This document shows, in pieces, positions 1-8,020 of a DNA stretch of 64,000 bases. The number at the start of each line of letters is the position of its first letter. The stretch's first letter is position 1. The position numbers were made by a program, and so were the translations under genes. Origin of the DNA: a bacterium (GTDB lineage: Bacteria > Electryoneota > B3-LCP); contig JAPKYS010000023.1 in assembly GCA_026394195.1 (NCBI GenBank), forward strand, positions 333,339 through 397,338, in the 5' to 3' direction. The notes beneath the pieces are model-generated. The model made no database searches and was not told the DNA's origin. It worked only from the letters and a program-made list of their open reading frames with translations.

Positions 1-316
1 TTGTTTAAGGCCGCGTTTACGACTCGAGTTCACACCACCGAACGAACAATATCAATTTTCAAAACTTTAATTATCATAAGCTTAGTAAGTATTTCTTAAG
101 AGTAACCGGACTGAAATTAAGGTTTTCCAGCTATTGGCATACCCATTGCTTATTCAGAAGAAAAATGTCCGGCGTTCATACAAACTGAACGACTGAAAAC
201 AGAGGCGCTTTCCGTTTCGTGAATATTATCGCCTGCCAATGACTATTGATGCAGCACTGTTGAAAGTCTCAAGCGCGCCAGGTATTGACAACTTGACACG
301 ATGGGAGGCACTGAAG

Positions 317-595
317 ATGTCAATTGGAGTAACTCATCAGGGTATTTGCCAGAATTGCGTCCATGTCGGACAATGCGTCCAATTGCAGAAATCAGCCAGT
401 CCCGTCTGGTTTTGTGACAACTTTGACTGCACTGAAACTCCGGAATGTCAAACCATTAAAGAGATTCTGCCACCCAAAAAGGTTGTCGTGAATCCAGAGA
501 AATTTCTGGGATTGTGCGCAAACTGTGATCAGCGTTCTTACTGCATCAATGCCAGGCAACCTGGTGGGGTTTGGCATTGTGAAGAATATCGATAA
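317..595 (+). CDS. Small Cys-rich protein with two copies of a C-x2-C-x4-5-C-x9-10-[WV]-[FH]-C-[ED]-[EN]-[FY] module (DUF1540-like)
   Basis: The ORF track opens this frame at 239. An ATG at 317 sits 8 nt after a GGGAGG ribosome-binding site (304-309), so 317 is the likelier start. Repeat A is ICQNCVHVGQCVQ...PVWFCDNFDC and repeat B is LCANCDQRSYCINARQPGGVWHCEEY. The next gene is a paralog. The DUF1540 assignment is from memory of that family's C-x-N-C...C...C-x-[TE]-F pattern. Confidence 0.55.
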   Translation: MSIGVTHQGICQNCVHVGQCVQLQKSASPVWFCDNFDCTETPECQTIKEILPPKKVVVNPEKFLGLCANCDQRSYCINARQPGGVWHCEEYR

Positions 596-641
596 TCCAA
601 GTTCCTAATATCGGCATTTCAGTTAACTGAGGGAGAAGATC

Positions 642-965
642 ATGTCAAGTCGCCCGGAAGAAATACGTCAAGCCACAACAGGTAAGTCGCGGTCAGGTCA
701 AAACGAGGGCTTGTGCATCACCTGCGAATCGCTAACGAATTGCTGTTTTCAGAAAAACGTAACTGAACCGGTGGTTTTTTGCGAGGAGTTTCATGTCAGC
801 AGCGCTCGTCTGCACGTCACCGAAATGCCTGGTTCTGCGAATCTAAAAAAAGAAGCGACCGGTGTTGCGCTTTACACTGGGCTCTGTATGAACTGCGACA
901 GCAATAATAATTGCGTTTATCCTCAAGCCGGGGCTGGTGGGTGGTTTTGTGAAGAATACGCCTAA
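642..965 (+). CDS. Small Cys-rich protein, tandem paralog of the preceding gene (two 4-Cys modules)
   Basis: The ribosome-binding site is GAGGGAGA. The two repeats are LCITCESLTNCCFQ...PVVFCEEFH and LCMNCDSNNNCVYPQAGAGGWFCEEYA, the same module as in 317..595. Confidence 0.6.
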   Translation: MSSRPEEIRQATTGKSRSGQNEGLCITCESLTNCCFQKNVTEPVVFCEEFHVSSARLHVTEMPGSANLKKEATGVALYTGLCMNCDSNNNCVYPQAGAGGWFCEEYA

Positions 966-1017
966 ATCGAGACATTGAATATACCCCCAAAAATACTTAA
1001 TTGCGGAAAATCAAAAG

Positions 1018-1866
1018 ATGAATGTCGAAGTCGTTCACAATATACTCCATAAGCATCAGAATGCCCAGGACGGCTTGATTTCGATCCTCGAGGATATCCA
1101 GAGTCAGTTCGGATATCTGCCAGCAGAAGCTCTCAAAATTGTAGCTGGAGAATCGGGCAAGGCTCTGGTCGATATTTATGGCGTTGCTACTTTTTACAAA
1201 TCCTTCAGCTTGAAGCCTCGAGGCAAACACTTGATTTCGGTATGCCTGGGGACAGCCTGTCACGTGCGAAATGCCCCGGTCATCGGCCAGGAATTTGAGC
1301 GCCAATTGGGCGTAAAAGCAGGGGAAACAACCGAGGATTGGGAATTTACTCTGGAAAGAGTGAACTGCCTGGGAGCCTGCGCTCTCGGACCGATAGTCGT
1401 CGTGGATGGTCATTATTTCTCGAAGGTTAACACAGCCAAAGTCAAACAGATCATCGACCGTGCCCGGCGCGGTTTGGACAAGGTTGAAGTCAAGACTGAC
1501 AACCGCGTCTTTCCTATCGGTGTCAGGTGTCCGCGTTGCAACCACAGTCTGATGGACTCGAAACACCTGATTGACGGTCTGCCCTCCATTCGCGTCACTG
1601 CCTCATATGACCGCATGCACGGACGTTTGAGTCTGTCCAGCCTGTACGGCAGCTATAACGTTTCAACTGAATACGTTGTCCCTGACAACGCCATCGTAAA
1701 TCTGTTCTGCCCGCACTGCCACGCCATGTTCAGCGGCAGCAGTGACTGTACCATCTGCGAAGCTCCATTGATACCCATGATTGTAGACGGCGGCGGAATG
1801 CTGCAAGTCTGCTCGAGGAATGGCTGTAAAAACCATATGTTGGACCTGAGCGGAATTAACATCTAA
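1018..1866 (+). CDS. NuoE/HoxE/HydC-like thioredoxin-fold [2Fe-2S] subunit with a C-terminal Cys-rich (zinc-ribbon-like) extension
   Basis: The N-terminal ~160 aa carry the NuoE cluster motifs CLGTACHV...CLGACALGP. The C-terminal ~110 aa carry RCPRCNH...CPHCHA...CTICEA...CSRNGC, four CxxC-type pairs. Confidence 0.8.
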   Translation: MNVEVVHNILHKHQNAQDGLISILEDIQSQFGYLPAEALKIVAGESGKALVDIYGVATFYKSFSLKPRGKHLISVCLGTACHVRNAPVIGQEFERQLGVKAGETTEDWEFTLERVNCLGACALGPIVVVDGHYFSKVNTAKVKQIIDRARRGLDKVEVKTDNRVFPIGVRCPRCNHSLMDSKHLIDGLPSIRVTASYDRMHGRLSLSSLYGSYNVSTEYVVPDNAIVNLFCPHCHAMFSGSSDCTICEAPLIPMIVDGGGMLQVCSRNGCKNHMLDLSGINI

Positions 1867-1877
1867 TCGGTATCAGG

Positions 1878-3770
1878 TTGCTCGCATCAAAAACTTGTCA
1901 TCAAGATTTAAGAAATAACATGGAAAAAATAACATCGATGGAAGACTTCAAGCTCTTCCGGGAACGTCTGATATCGAGTATAGATCGAAGCACACCGACC
2001 CTGGTTATTACGGCTGGGACTTGCGGTCAAGCCAGCGGCGCCAATGACTTGATACGAATCGCCAAGCGCGAGATTATATCGCGGGGGTTGACGGAGAAAA
2101 TCAAGCTGCGCATCACCGGTTGTTTCGGCTTCTGCGAAGCCGAGCCGAGCATCCTTCTCGAACCTTACGGCACCTTTTATCCGAACGTGGGGGTCGGTGC
2201 AGTTCCGGGTATTATCGATGCGGTTTCTAAGAAGGACGTCATCGAGGAACTGCTCTATAAGGATCCGATAACTGGAGATCCGATAGAGAAGCAGAACGAT
2301 ATACCCTTCTTCGGTAAACAGTTGCGAACGCTGTTAAGCAGAAACCAAAAGGTCGATCCGATCCGCATCTTCAATTATATTGAAAATGGTGGATACTCCG
2401 CTTTTGCCGCGGTTTTAGCCAAGCACCAGCCCAGATGGGTCATCGAAGAGGTGAAGGCGTCGGGGCTGCGGGGCCGCGGTGGCGCAGGTTTCCCGACCGG
2501 ACTGAAATGGGAGTTATTGTCAAATCAGAAAAACGGCGCAGGCAAGTATCTGGTTTGCAATGCCGATGAAGGTGACCCGGGAGCCTATATGGACCGCAGC
2601 GTCCTGGAAGGTAATCCTCACTGCATCATCGAAGGGATGCTAATCGGCGGTTTCGCCACTGGCGCGACTGAAGGCGTTATCTATGTCAGAAATGAATATC
2701 CTCTTGCCATCAAGCATCTGGTGATCGCGCTCAGACAGATGCACGAAATCGGACTTTTAGGGCAGGACATCCTCGGATCCGGGTTCTCATTCGATATCAA
2801 CATCGTGCGTGGGGCAGGAGCTTTCGTATGCGGCGAAGAAACGGCGCTCATCCACTCGATTGAAGGGCGAATGGGTGAACCCCGCCAACGCCCGCCTTTC
2901 CCTATTTCGCACGGTATCTATGGCAAACCCACTGCGATCAACAACGTGGAAACCTGGGCGAACGTGCCGATTATATTCGAAATCGGCGCCAAAAAGTTTG
3001 CCAAGATCGGCACACCTAATAATTCAGGAACCAAAATATTCAGCCTCGTAGGTAAGATCAAAAATACCGGCTTGGTTGAAGTCCCTATGGGGATCACCAT
3101 CGATGAAATCGTGAATGACATCGGAGGCGGTCCATCAGGCAAATTCAAGATAAAGGCGGTTCAAACAGGCGGACCTTCAGGCGGTTGTATCCCGGTTGAG
3201 AAATTTGACCTGGCCATCGACTATGATCACTTGTCGCAAGTGGGCTCAATCATGGGTTCCGGTGGTATGATCGTAATGGACGAAAATACCTGCATGGTTG
3301 ACGTCGCCAAATACTTCATGGGCTTCCTGAAGGAAGAATCTTGCGGTAAATGTTACCCTTGCCGTAAGGGGACTCAGAGGATGTACGAAATCCTCGATGA
3401 CATCTGCAAGGGGGTCGGCACTCTTGAACAGCTTGATCTACTCGAAGAATTAGCCAAAGTCGTTCAAGATAGCACCATGTGTGGCTTGGGACAGACTGCG
3501 CCAAACCCTGTTCTATCAACCTTAAGATACTTCAAAAACGAATATCACGAACATATTGAGCATCAACGCTGTCCTGCTGGAGTGTGCAAGGACCTGATCA
3601 CCTTTGCCATCAATGACAACTGCACCGGCTGCATGTTCTGTTCGCGCAACTGTCCTGCGGATGCTATCTCGGGTGGGAAGAAAGAACAGCACGTAATTGA
3701 TCAGGAGAAGTGCACTTGCTGTGGGTCTTGCTTGTCAGTATGTAAATTTGACGCTGTCCACGTCGAATAA
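1878..3770 (+). CDS. NuoF/HoxF/HydB-like NADH-binding FMN iron-sulfur subunit (N-terminal Trx-like domain, C-terminal 2x[4Fe-4S] ferredoxin)
   Basis: GRGGAGFPTGLKW is the FMN/NADH-site motif of 51-kDa subunits. ESCGKCYPCR is the [4Fe-4S] motif. The C-terminus has CTGCMFCSRNCP and CTCCGSCLSVC ferredoxin motifs. The true start may be the internal Met at about 1920. Confidence 0.85.
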   Translation: MLASKTCHQDLRNNMEKITSMEDFKLFRERLISSIDRSTPTLVITAGTCGQASGANDLIRIAKREIISRGLTEKIKLRITGCFGFCEAEPSILLEPYGTFYPNVGVGAVPGIIDAVSKKDVIEELLYKDPITGDPIEKQNDIPFFGKQLRTLLSRNQKVDPIRIFNYIENGGYSAFAAVLAKHQPRWVIEEVKASGLRGRGGAGFPTGLKWELLSNQKNGAGKYLVCNADEGDPGAYMDRSVLEGNPHCIIEGMLIGGFATGATEGVIYVRNEYPLAIKHLVIALRQMHEIGLLGQDILGSGFSFDINIVRGAGAFVCGEETALIHSIEGRMGEPRQRPPFPISHGIYGKPTAINNVETWANVPIIFEIGAKKFAKIGTPNNSGTKIFSLVGKIKNTGLVEVPMGITIDEIVNDIGGGPSGKFKIKAVQTGGPSGGCIPVEKFDLAIDYDHLSQVGSIMGSGGMIVMDENTCMVDVAKYFMGFLKEESCGKCYPCRKGTQRMYEILDDICKGVGTLEQLDLLEELAKVVQDSTMCGLGQTAPNPVLSTLRYFKNEYHEHIEHQRCPAGVCKDLITFAINDNCTGCMFCSRNCPADAISGGKKEQHVIDQEKCTCCGSCLSVCKFDAVHVE

Positions 3771-3800
3771 TCGGAATTACCGTCGTAGGGAAAATACAAG

Positions 3801-4478
3801 ATGATCAATCTAACCATCAACGGATTAGACCTCTCAGTTGAAGAAGGAACAACGCTGCTCGAGGCAGCCAGGTTTTGGGGCTTTCCCATCCCGACATTGT
3901 GCGCCATGGAAGGACTCTCACCCTATGGAGCTTGTCGCCTGTGCGTCGTAGAGATAGGGGAGGGCAAACAGGTAAAACTGGTCAGTTCCTGCACCTACCC
4001 AGCCCAGGAAGGATTAAAAATCCGCACAGCCTCCGAGAGGGTGCTACGTGCGCGCAAAATGATTATCGAGTTGCTGCTTGCTTCCTGCCCGCAGTCGAAA
4101 ATTATCCAGGATCTGGCATCCAAACACAATGTTCGTCAGCAGCGATTCAGGCAGGAATACGAAGACTGTATTCTCTGTGGCTTGTGCGTACGCATGTGCG
4201 AGGAACAGATGATGGCGAAAGCCATTGGATTTCGCGGAAGAGGTGAAACCAGAAGCATCGGCACCCCCTTTGACGTCCGCAGTGAAGTTTGCCGGCTTTG
4301 CGGAGGTTGTATGTATGTCTGTCCGGCATGTCAGCTCCGCTGCACCTTTACTGAACCTGAAAAAGCCATCTGCGGCGGTTGTGCAAATCTAAGCCCACCC
4401 TGCGTGGAAAAACCAACGTTCGACGACATGATGTGTTACATGGATCCGTGCGTTGCCTGTGAGATTGTCAAAAAATAG
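3801..4478 (+). CDS. Iron-sulfur protein resembling the N-terminal region of NuoG/HydA/HndD (2Fe-2S ferredoxin fold plus [4Fe-4S] clusters), lacking any catalytic domain
   Basis: CAMEGLSPYGACRLC is the plant-type 2Fe-2S pattern. CILCGLCVRMCEE and CRLCGGCMYVCPAC are [4Fe-4S] motifs, and an extra Cys cluster sits at the C-terminus. Confidence 0.7.
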   Translation: MINLTINGLDLSVEEGTTLLEAARFWGFPIPTLCAMEGLSPYGACRLCVVEIGEGKQVKLVSSCTYPAQEGLKIRTASERVLRARKMIIELLLASCPQSKIIQDLASKHNVRQQRFRQEYEDCILCGLCVRMCEEQMMAKAIGFRGRGETRSIGTPFDVRSEVCRLCGGCMYVCPACQLRCTFTEPEKAICGGCANLSPPCVEKPTFDDMMCYMDPCVACEIVKK

Positions 4479-4516
4479 AGATGCGAATCATATAAAAGGA
4501 AATTAGGAGACCCAAA

Positions 4517-6169
4517 ATGGCAGCGTCGCTTTCAAGAATAAACTCTTCTGCCGCTACTCTGACGAAAAACCGTACCGAAGGTTCAATCACTCCGATTTCG
4601 GGAATGTGCGTTACCTGCGTCGATGGATGCATCGGCATGTGTGAAATCGGCAAGTCCGCTTATCGTGGGCATGAAGTCATTTATCCACAACCCTTTGGTG
4701 TGATCACAACGGCGGCGGAAAAGGTTTATCCGGTTGATTACTCCCACTTAAATATCATGGGAACTTGCGTCGGCGCGTATGGGATTGAAGCAGATAGTAA
4801 CAAGGCGGTCTTTCCTGCTGTCAATCTTGAAGTCCGAATTGGTTATGATAAAGGATTGAAGTTCAAATTACCTATCATGATCCCCGGAATCGGTTCAACC
4901 AACATCGCCAAGAACAATTGGGAAGGTCTGGCGATCGGTACGGCTCTGGCGGGAACCGGTCTAACCATCGGCGAGAATGTCGTTGGAATGGACCCTCAGG
5001 CAGTGATAAAAGATGGCAGGATTCTCGATACGGTAGACTTAAAGCGCCGCGTCAATCTGTTCAAGGATCATCAGCGGGATGGCTACGGTGCAATCATCGT
5101 ACAAGCCAATATCGAAGATACGCGCCTGGGAGTCCAGGAATATGCCATAGAATATCTCGGTGTTGAGTGCGTCGAGCTCAAATGGGGGCAGGGCGCCAAG
5201 GATATCGGCGGTGAAGTCAAAGTTAGTGACCTTAAGAAAGCGCAGTTACTCTATGAACGCGGCTATATCGTCCTACCGAATCCGACAGATCCGGACGTCA
5301 TCAGAGCCTTCGAGCGCGGTTCCTTCAAGGAATTTGAGCGCCATTCCCGCGTTGGTATGGTGACCGAGGAAGGATTTGCCAAGCGTGTGGGCGAGTTGCG
5401 CAAAGCCGGAGCGAAATATGTCTTCCTCAAGACCGGAGCCTACAGACCTGTTGATCTGGCGCGAGCCGTATCATTCGCTTCAAAGTACGGCATTGATCTA
5501 CTCACAGTCGATGGAGCCGGCGGCGGCACGGGGATGAGCCCCTGGCGGATGATGAATGAGTGGGGTGTGCCTACTCTGGAATTGCACTCCATGCTCTACC
5601 AGTACATCAAGAGACTGGCTGACCGTGGCGAACACGTTCCGGCATTGGCTTTGGCCGGCGGGTTTACCTTTGAAGACCAAATGTTCAAAGGCCTCTCCAT
5701 GGGTGCTCCTTTCGTCAAGCTGATCGGCATGGCGAGAGCCCCAATTGCTGCGGCGATGGTTGGAAAAACCATCGGACGCACGATCGATGAGCATCAGCTT
5801 CCCGTCTACATCGAGAGATTTGGCGACTCAAAAGAAGAAATCTTCGTAACTGCAGCCTCATTGCGTAAGGAGCTGGGTGACGAAGAGTTTGAAAAGATCC
5901 CCACAGGTGCGCTTGGGTTGTATACCTACTATGAACGTCTCGCTCAGGGTTTGCAGCAACTCATGTGCGGGAGTCGTAAGTTCAAGATGGACTATCTGTC
6001 ACGTGATGATCTGGCATGTCTCACGCACGAAGCTGCCGAAGTCACCGGTTTGCCGTACATAATGGATCTGGACCGGAAAGAGGCAATTGAAATTCTGGAT
6101 AAATCGAATGGGCAGCCGGTACAGCTTCAGAAGGCCCAAATGAAAAAGGCTTCAAGTAAAACCGTTTAG
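4517..6169 (+). CDS. Glutamate-synthase central (FMN-binding) domain family protein with an N-terminal 4-Cys cluster (archaeal-type GltB domain-2-like)
   Basis: A strong AGGAG ribosome-binding site precedes it. The N-terminus is CVTCVDGCIGMC. DGAGGGTGMSPW matches the Glu_synthase FMN-domain signature (GHDGGTGASP-like). There are TIM-barrel-like G-rich segments IPGIGSTN and GLTIGENVVG. Confidence 0.75.
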   Translation: MAASLSRINSSAATLTKNRTEGSITPISGMCVTCVDGCIGMCEIGKSAYRGHEVIYPQPFGVITTAAEKVYPVDYSHLNIMGTCVGAYGIEADSNKAVFPAVNLEVRIGYDKGLKFKLPIMIPGIGSTNIAKNNWEGLAIGTALAGTGLTIGENVVGMDPQAVIKDGRILDTVDLKRRVNLFKDHQRDGYGAIIVQANIEDTRLGVQEYAIEYLGVECVELKWGQGAKDIGGEVKVSDLKKAQLLYERGYIVLPNPTDPDVIRAFERGSFKEFERHSRVGMVTEEGFAKRVGELRKAGAKYVFLKTGAYRPVDLARAVSFASKYGIDLLTVDGAGGGTGMSPWRMMNEWGVPTLELHSMLYQYIKRLADRGEHVPALALAGGFTFEDQMFKGLSMGAPFVKLIGMARAPIAAAMVGKTIGRTIDEHQLPVYIERFGDSKEEIFVTAASLRKELGDEEFEKIPTGALGLYTYYERLAQGLQQLMCGSRKFKMDYLSRDDLACLTHEAAEVTGLPYIMDLDRKEAIEILDKSNGQPVQLQKAQMKKASSKTV

Positions 6170-6313
6170 TATAGCGGCTTAACGGTTTTAGAAGCCCTTT
6201 AATGAGGCGATTAATCTTCACCCTTGCGCAAATTCCGCTTTGTTGGAGCTAATTCGGTTTCGCCTCAGTTGACCGAAGGCAAGGTAGAACAATGTTCGTG
6301 ACTCCTTGAACGA

Positions 6314-6346
6314 GGGCTGACCAGAACGGTCAGCCCTTTATTTTTT
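6314..6346 (+). terminator. Rho-independent terminator after the oxidoreductase operon
   Basis: GGGCTGACC-agaac-GGTCAGCCC hairpin followed by TTTATTTTTT. Confidence 0.7.
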
Positions 6347-6497
6347 GAGATGAATGGTTTCTGGTGAAATCGTCACGGCTCGGTGGAAATGCATGGACGT
6401 ACACCTTTTTCGTGACTCCCCGAAACAAATCCTAACCAAATATTGAATTTACGAAGAATATTTTGTACTTTCAATTAGTCATCACCATCCAGCGACC

Positions 6498-6761
6498 TTG
6501 ATGTGGACTGGTTTCAAGAATGCTCTGAAGAGGTATTACAATTTCTGTCTGCAAGAATGGGTCAATCGAGGTTATGTGAACAGGATGGAAGTACAGTCTA
6601 TTGAGGGTCTCATCGTCATGCCGGGATGGTGGGGGGATGAGCGACTGCACGCATCGCACCGCTCGAATCTTCTACGCAAAGATCCCGATTATTATGGTCG
6701 ATTTGGTTGGAAGGAAAGCCCTGACCTCTCTTACTTCTGGCCAAGCAGGGAAGGGTTTTGA
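6498..6761 (+). CDS. Small hypothetical protein (TTG start); the C-terminal motif HASHRSNLLRKDPDYY may relate to a pyrimidine-dimer-glycosylase-like family
   Basis: An 87-aa ORF in an otherwise empty 600-bp gap. The motif recollection is weak and there is no N-terminal catalytic region. Confidence 0.3.
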   Translation: MMWTGFKNALKRYYNFCLQEWVNRGYVNRMEVQSIEGLIVMPGWWGDERLHASHRSNLLRKDPDYYGRFGWKESPDLSYFWPSREGF

Positions 6762-6779
6762 AGAGGTATTTTATTAGCC

Positions 6780-7616
6780 TTATACCTCATCACTGCCGCC
6801 GATGAGCGCCGTAATCGCCTGACTCCAGCCCAGGATTCCACTATTTCGTGTGAATTTAATTCCGCGTCTGCCAATGTGTCCATCAAACCCACCTCGCGAA
6901 TTCCTCACTAAAATCGGTTGATCCACCGCGTAGAGCATGGGACCGTCAGAACTGCTGTCGCCAATCCCGATGGTTTTTATTTCACGATCGGGGTACTCTT
7001 CACGGTAGAGTTGCACTATGAAGCGGAGGGCTCCACCCGTATCATGATCACCGGTCAGGAGAAAATGATTACCGAGTGGTACCAGGTGTAGATTTAAATT
7101 TTCGATTTCTGCGTAGAGCAGCTTTAACGTTTCAATGTCGCCGTTGAACACAACCGGTTCAGTATATTTTCTGTACTTCGCTGAGGCGAGATCCTCAAGC
7201 TTTATCCCTGCAGCTTCCCTGAGGCGCTTGGATTTTAAATCTGAAACTTTCCAGAGTTTGCCTCCTGTCGTCGTATAAAGATAACCCAGCCTTTCATGAA
7301 TTAATTTGCGATCGATTCCAAATTCAATAATATCGCAGCCCCGCGATCTTTTTGAAAATGAATACTTTATGGTCAAAAGATCCTTGGGGATATAAATAGC
7401 TGCGCCGCTTTCAATGACGAAAGCGTAGGGAATGGCGCTTGACCCAATTTTATCTTCGACGTCTCTCGCACTTTTGTGCGAGGTGAATATCAGCGGAATG
7501 CCGGTATCCTCCAATAAACGGAACGCTTGTTGTGCTTCCGGAGAGCAAATCGATTGCGCATCCAGAATGGATCCGTTGAGTCCGGTGAAGATCAGCGATT
7601 GCTCCAATTGGCTCAT
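6780..7616 (-). CDS. HAD-IIB-like (mannosyl/glucosyl-3-phosphoglycerate phosphatase/YedP family) protein with a degenerate motif I
   Basis: Family-like layout: LIFTGLNGSILD stands where hhhDxDGTLLD is expected, the motif III Lys is in TSHKS, and motif IV reads GDSSSDG. Both motif-I Asp residues are replaced (G and N). Confidence 0.6.
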   Translation of the reverse strand: MSQLEQSLIFTGLNGSILDAQSICSPEAQQAFRLLEDTGIPLIFTSHKSARDVEDKIGSSAIPYAFVIESGAAIYIPKDLLTIKYSFSKRSRGCDIIEFGIDRKLIHERLGYLYTTTGGKLWKVSDLKSKRLREAAGIKLEDLASAKYRKYTEPVVFNGDIETLKLLYAEIENLNLHLVPLGNHFLLTGDHDTGGALRFIVQLYREEYPDREIKTIGIGDSSSDGPMLYAVDQPILVRNSRGGFDGHIGRRGIKFTRNSGILGWSQAITALIGGSDEV

Positions 7617-7777
7617 AATTCCTTCCCTCTACCTCAAAGAAACCGATCAATCCGGAAAATGTTTCCCTACGCACGGTTCAGGGGCTACTAAAAATATGTT
7701 GGAATGAGCACTCACCCAAGGTTCAGCGCTACATTCAGGCTGCTTTTTATAAAGGAACTTGCAAAAAGACTTGCAGG

Positions 7778-7806
7778 TTGAAAAAAAATTTGGTACTTTA
7801 TAATGA
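7778..7806 (+). promoter_or_regulatory. Candidate σ70-type promoter for lon (TTGAAA-N17-TAATGA) with a ~200-nt leader
   Basis: The hexamers and spacing were read directly. The leader holds an inverted repeat, ACTCCGG...CCGGAGT (7860-7900). Confidence 0.3.
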
Positions 7807-8020
7807 TTCCCTTAATTCTCTGGACATAGAACAAATCAGATTTTCGATAGACAGTCGTGTCACTCCGGCTTAGCCTGCCCCATTGGGGTCCGGAGTCAGA
7901 CACGCCGCCAGATTCCCGACGCAGGCTGAAGCCTTTGCGGGAATGACAGCTTCTCTTACCCTGCGACATAAGTCCAGTTACTTATGGGAATCGCTATAAT
8001 ACGTGTATAAACCGAGATGA

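Noticed and set aside
997-1566. Long antisense ORFs inside well-supported genes. Examples are 997..1566(-), 11610..12062(-), 12138..12524(-), 25770..26252(-), 37932..38495(-), 38152..38547(-), 54275..54817(+) and 63314..63751(-).
   Set aside because: Each lies wholly within a gene with strong family motifs on the other strand. None has a recognisable motif of its own, and they are typical of a ~50% GC genome. They were treated as non-coding.
3875-4246. A 123-aa ORF in an alternative frame inside the NuoG-N-terminal-like ferredoxin gene.
   Set aside because: It is same-strand overlapping and Arg/Gly-rich, the signature of an out-of-frame reading of a Cys-rich gene. No ribosome-binding site.
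6351-6500. UGA (6444) read-through extending the small ORF 6498..6761 upstream, as a selenoprotein candidate given selA.
   Set aside because: The extended product (MVSGEIVTARWKCMDVHLFRDSPKQILTKY-U-IYEEY…) resembles no known selenoprotein family. No SECIS-like hairpin is evident just downstream of the UGA.
7640-7720. CIRCE/HAIR heat-shock operator upstream of lon (GAGCACTCA resembles a CIRCE half-site).
   Set aside because: Only one degenerate half-site is present, with no inverted partner at the 9-nt spacing.
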